From NCBI GenBank assembly GCA_051313645.2, contig JBNRSN020000010.1, forward strand, positions 76,570,001 through 76,634,000: DNA of 64,000 nucleotides, given 5' to 3'. The DNA comes from Centroscyllium fabricii (Eukaryota). The notes beneath the pieces were generated by a model. That model was not told the origin of the DNA. It ran no database searches and saw nothing but the letters and a program-made list of their open reading frames with translations. The translations under genes and the position numbers were made by a program. Below, in pieces: positions 63,463 to 64,000 of this stretch (position 1 is the first letter of the stretch; each line of letters starts with the position of its first letter).

Positions 63463-64000
63463 GCAAGTCTCAAGTAGTAACTTAATTTAACTTAATTTAA
63501 GCCCCGCAGGCACAAATCCACATCAAGTTATTCTTCAGGGGTTCCTTCACCTGGTAAATAAACCTGGCAGCCAGGCATTCTGGGAGAGCTTTTGTCCCAG
63601 AATTCCAATGCAGGGAGCAACCTCACTAATTGGTGTCAACTGAAATTCCCCACCCTCACTTTCCTGAAGCTGCTTTTATTTCTGTTAATAATGGTAATTG
63701 GGCAAATATTCTTGCACCACAAGTAGCTTGCTGAGTGGGTACTGCTGCTGACTCACTGGCCATCTTTTGCAGCCACTTGATGCTTTCCTTACTGCTCACA
63801 ACTCCTTGGTGAATGCGCTTACTTATTTCACCAATGCTGCTGTTTATCACCATTAATGATAGCTGCGGATTGCTTGAAAAGATTACTGCTAAAGTTCACC
63901 TAAATGCATTCGCTGTTTACCAGTTGGTTGGATGAAACATCAAGGAATATATTTTGCACCATTCAATAATTCTAACAAGAAAAGTAAGCATGAGTATGAA

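Overview
This is vertebrate genomic DNA, most likely a cartilaginous fish, judged from HE1/V-SINE, SacSINE1/DeuSINE-like, CR1 and L2 repeats. The whole window lies inside a + strand MEIS (TALE homeobox) gene. Only two coding exons are present, and both are missed by the ORF track: 17835-17911 ([26 protein letters not shown]) and 63404-63462 (FINARRRIVQPMIDQSNRA). They are separated by a 45.5-kb phase-2 intron. The second exon ends at a GC donor followed by a decayed in-frame extension and an AATAAA. The introns alternate between two kinds of sequence. The first is TE-poor blocks that look like conserved enhancers, with PBX-HOX/MEIS, GATA, TCF/SOX, RFX and twin DR5+DR2 retinoic-acid-type motifs. 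The second is dense TE nests. These include a CR1 > V-SINE > 5S-derived SINE nest, Harbinger and Tc1/mariner-type MITEs, and a ~7.4-kb 36-bp satellite that apparently grew inside a SINE. They also include a near-intact hAT transposon, a CsRn1-clade Ty3/Gypsy element and a triple CR1 nest. There are two N runs (579-870 and 18637-18870). Repeat family names and enhancer calls come from pattern recognition and memory, not from database searches.
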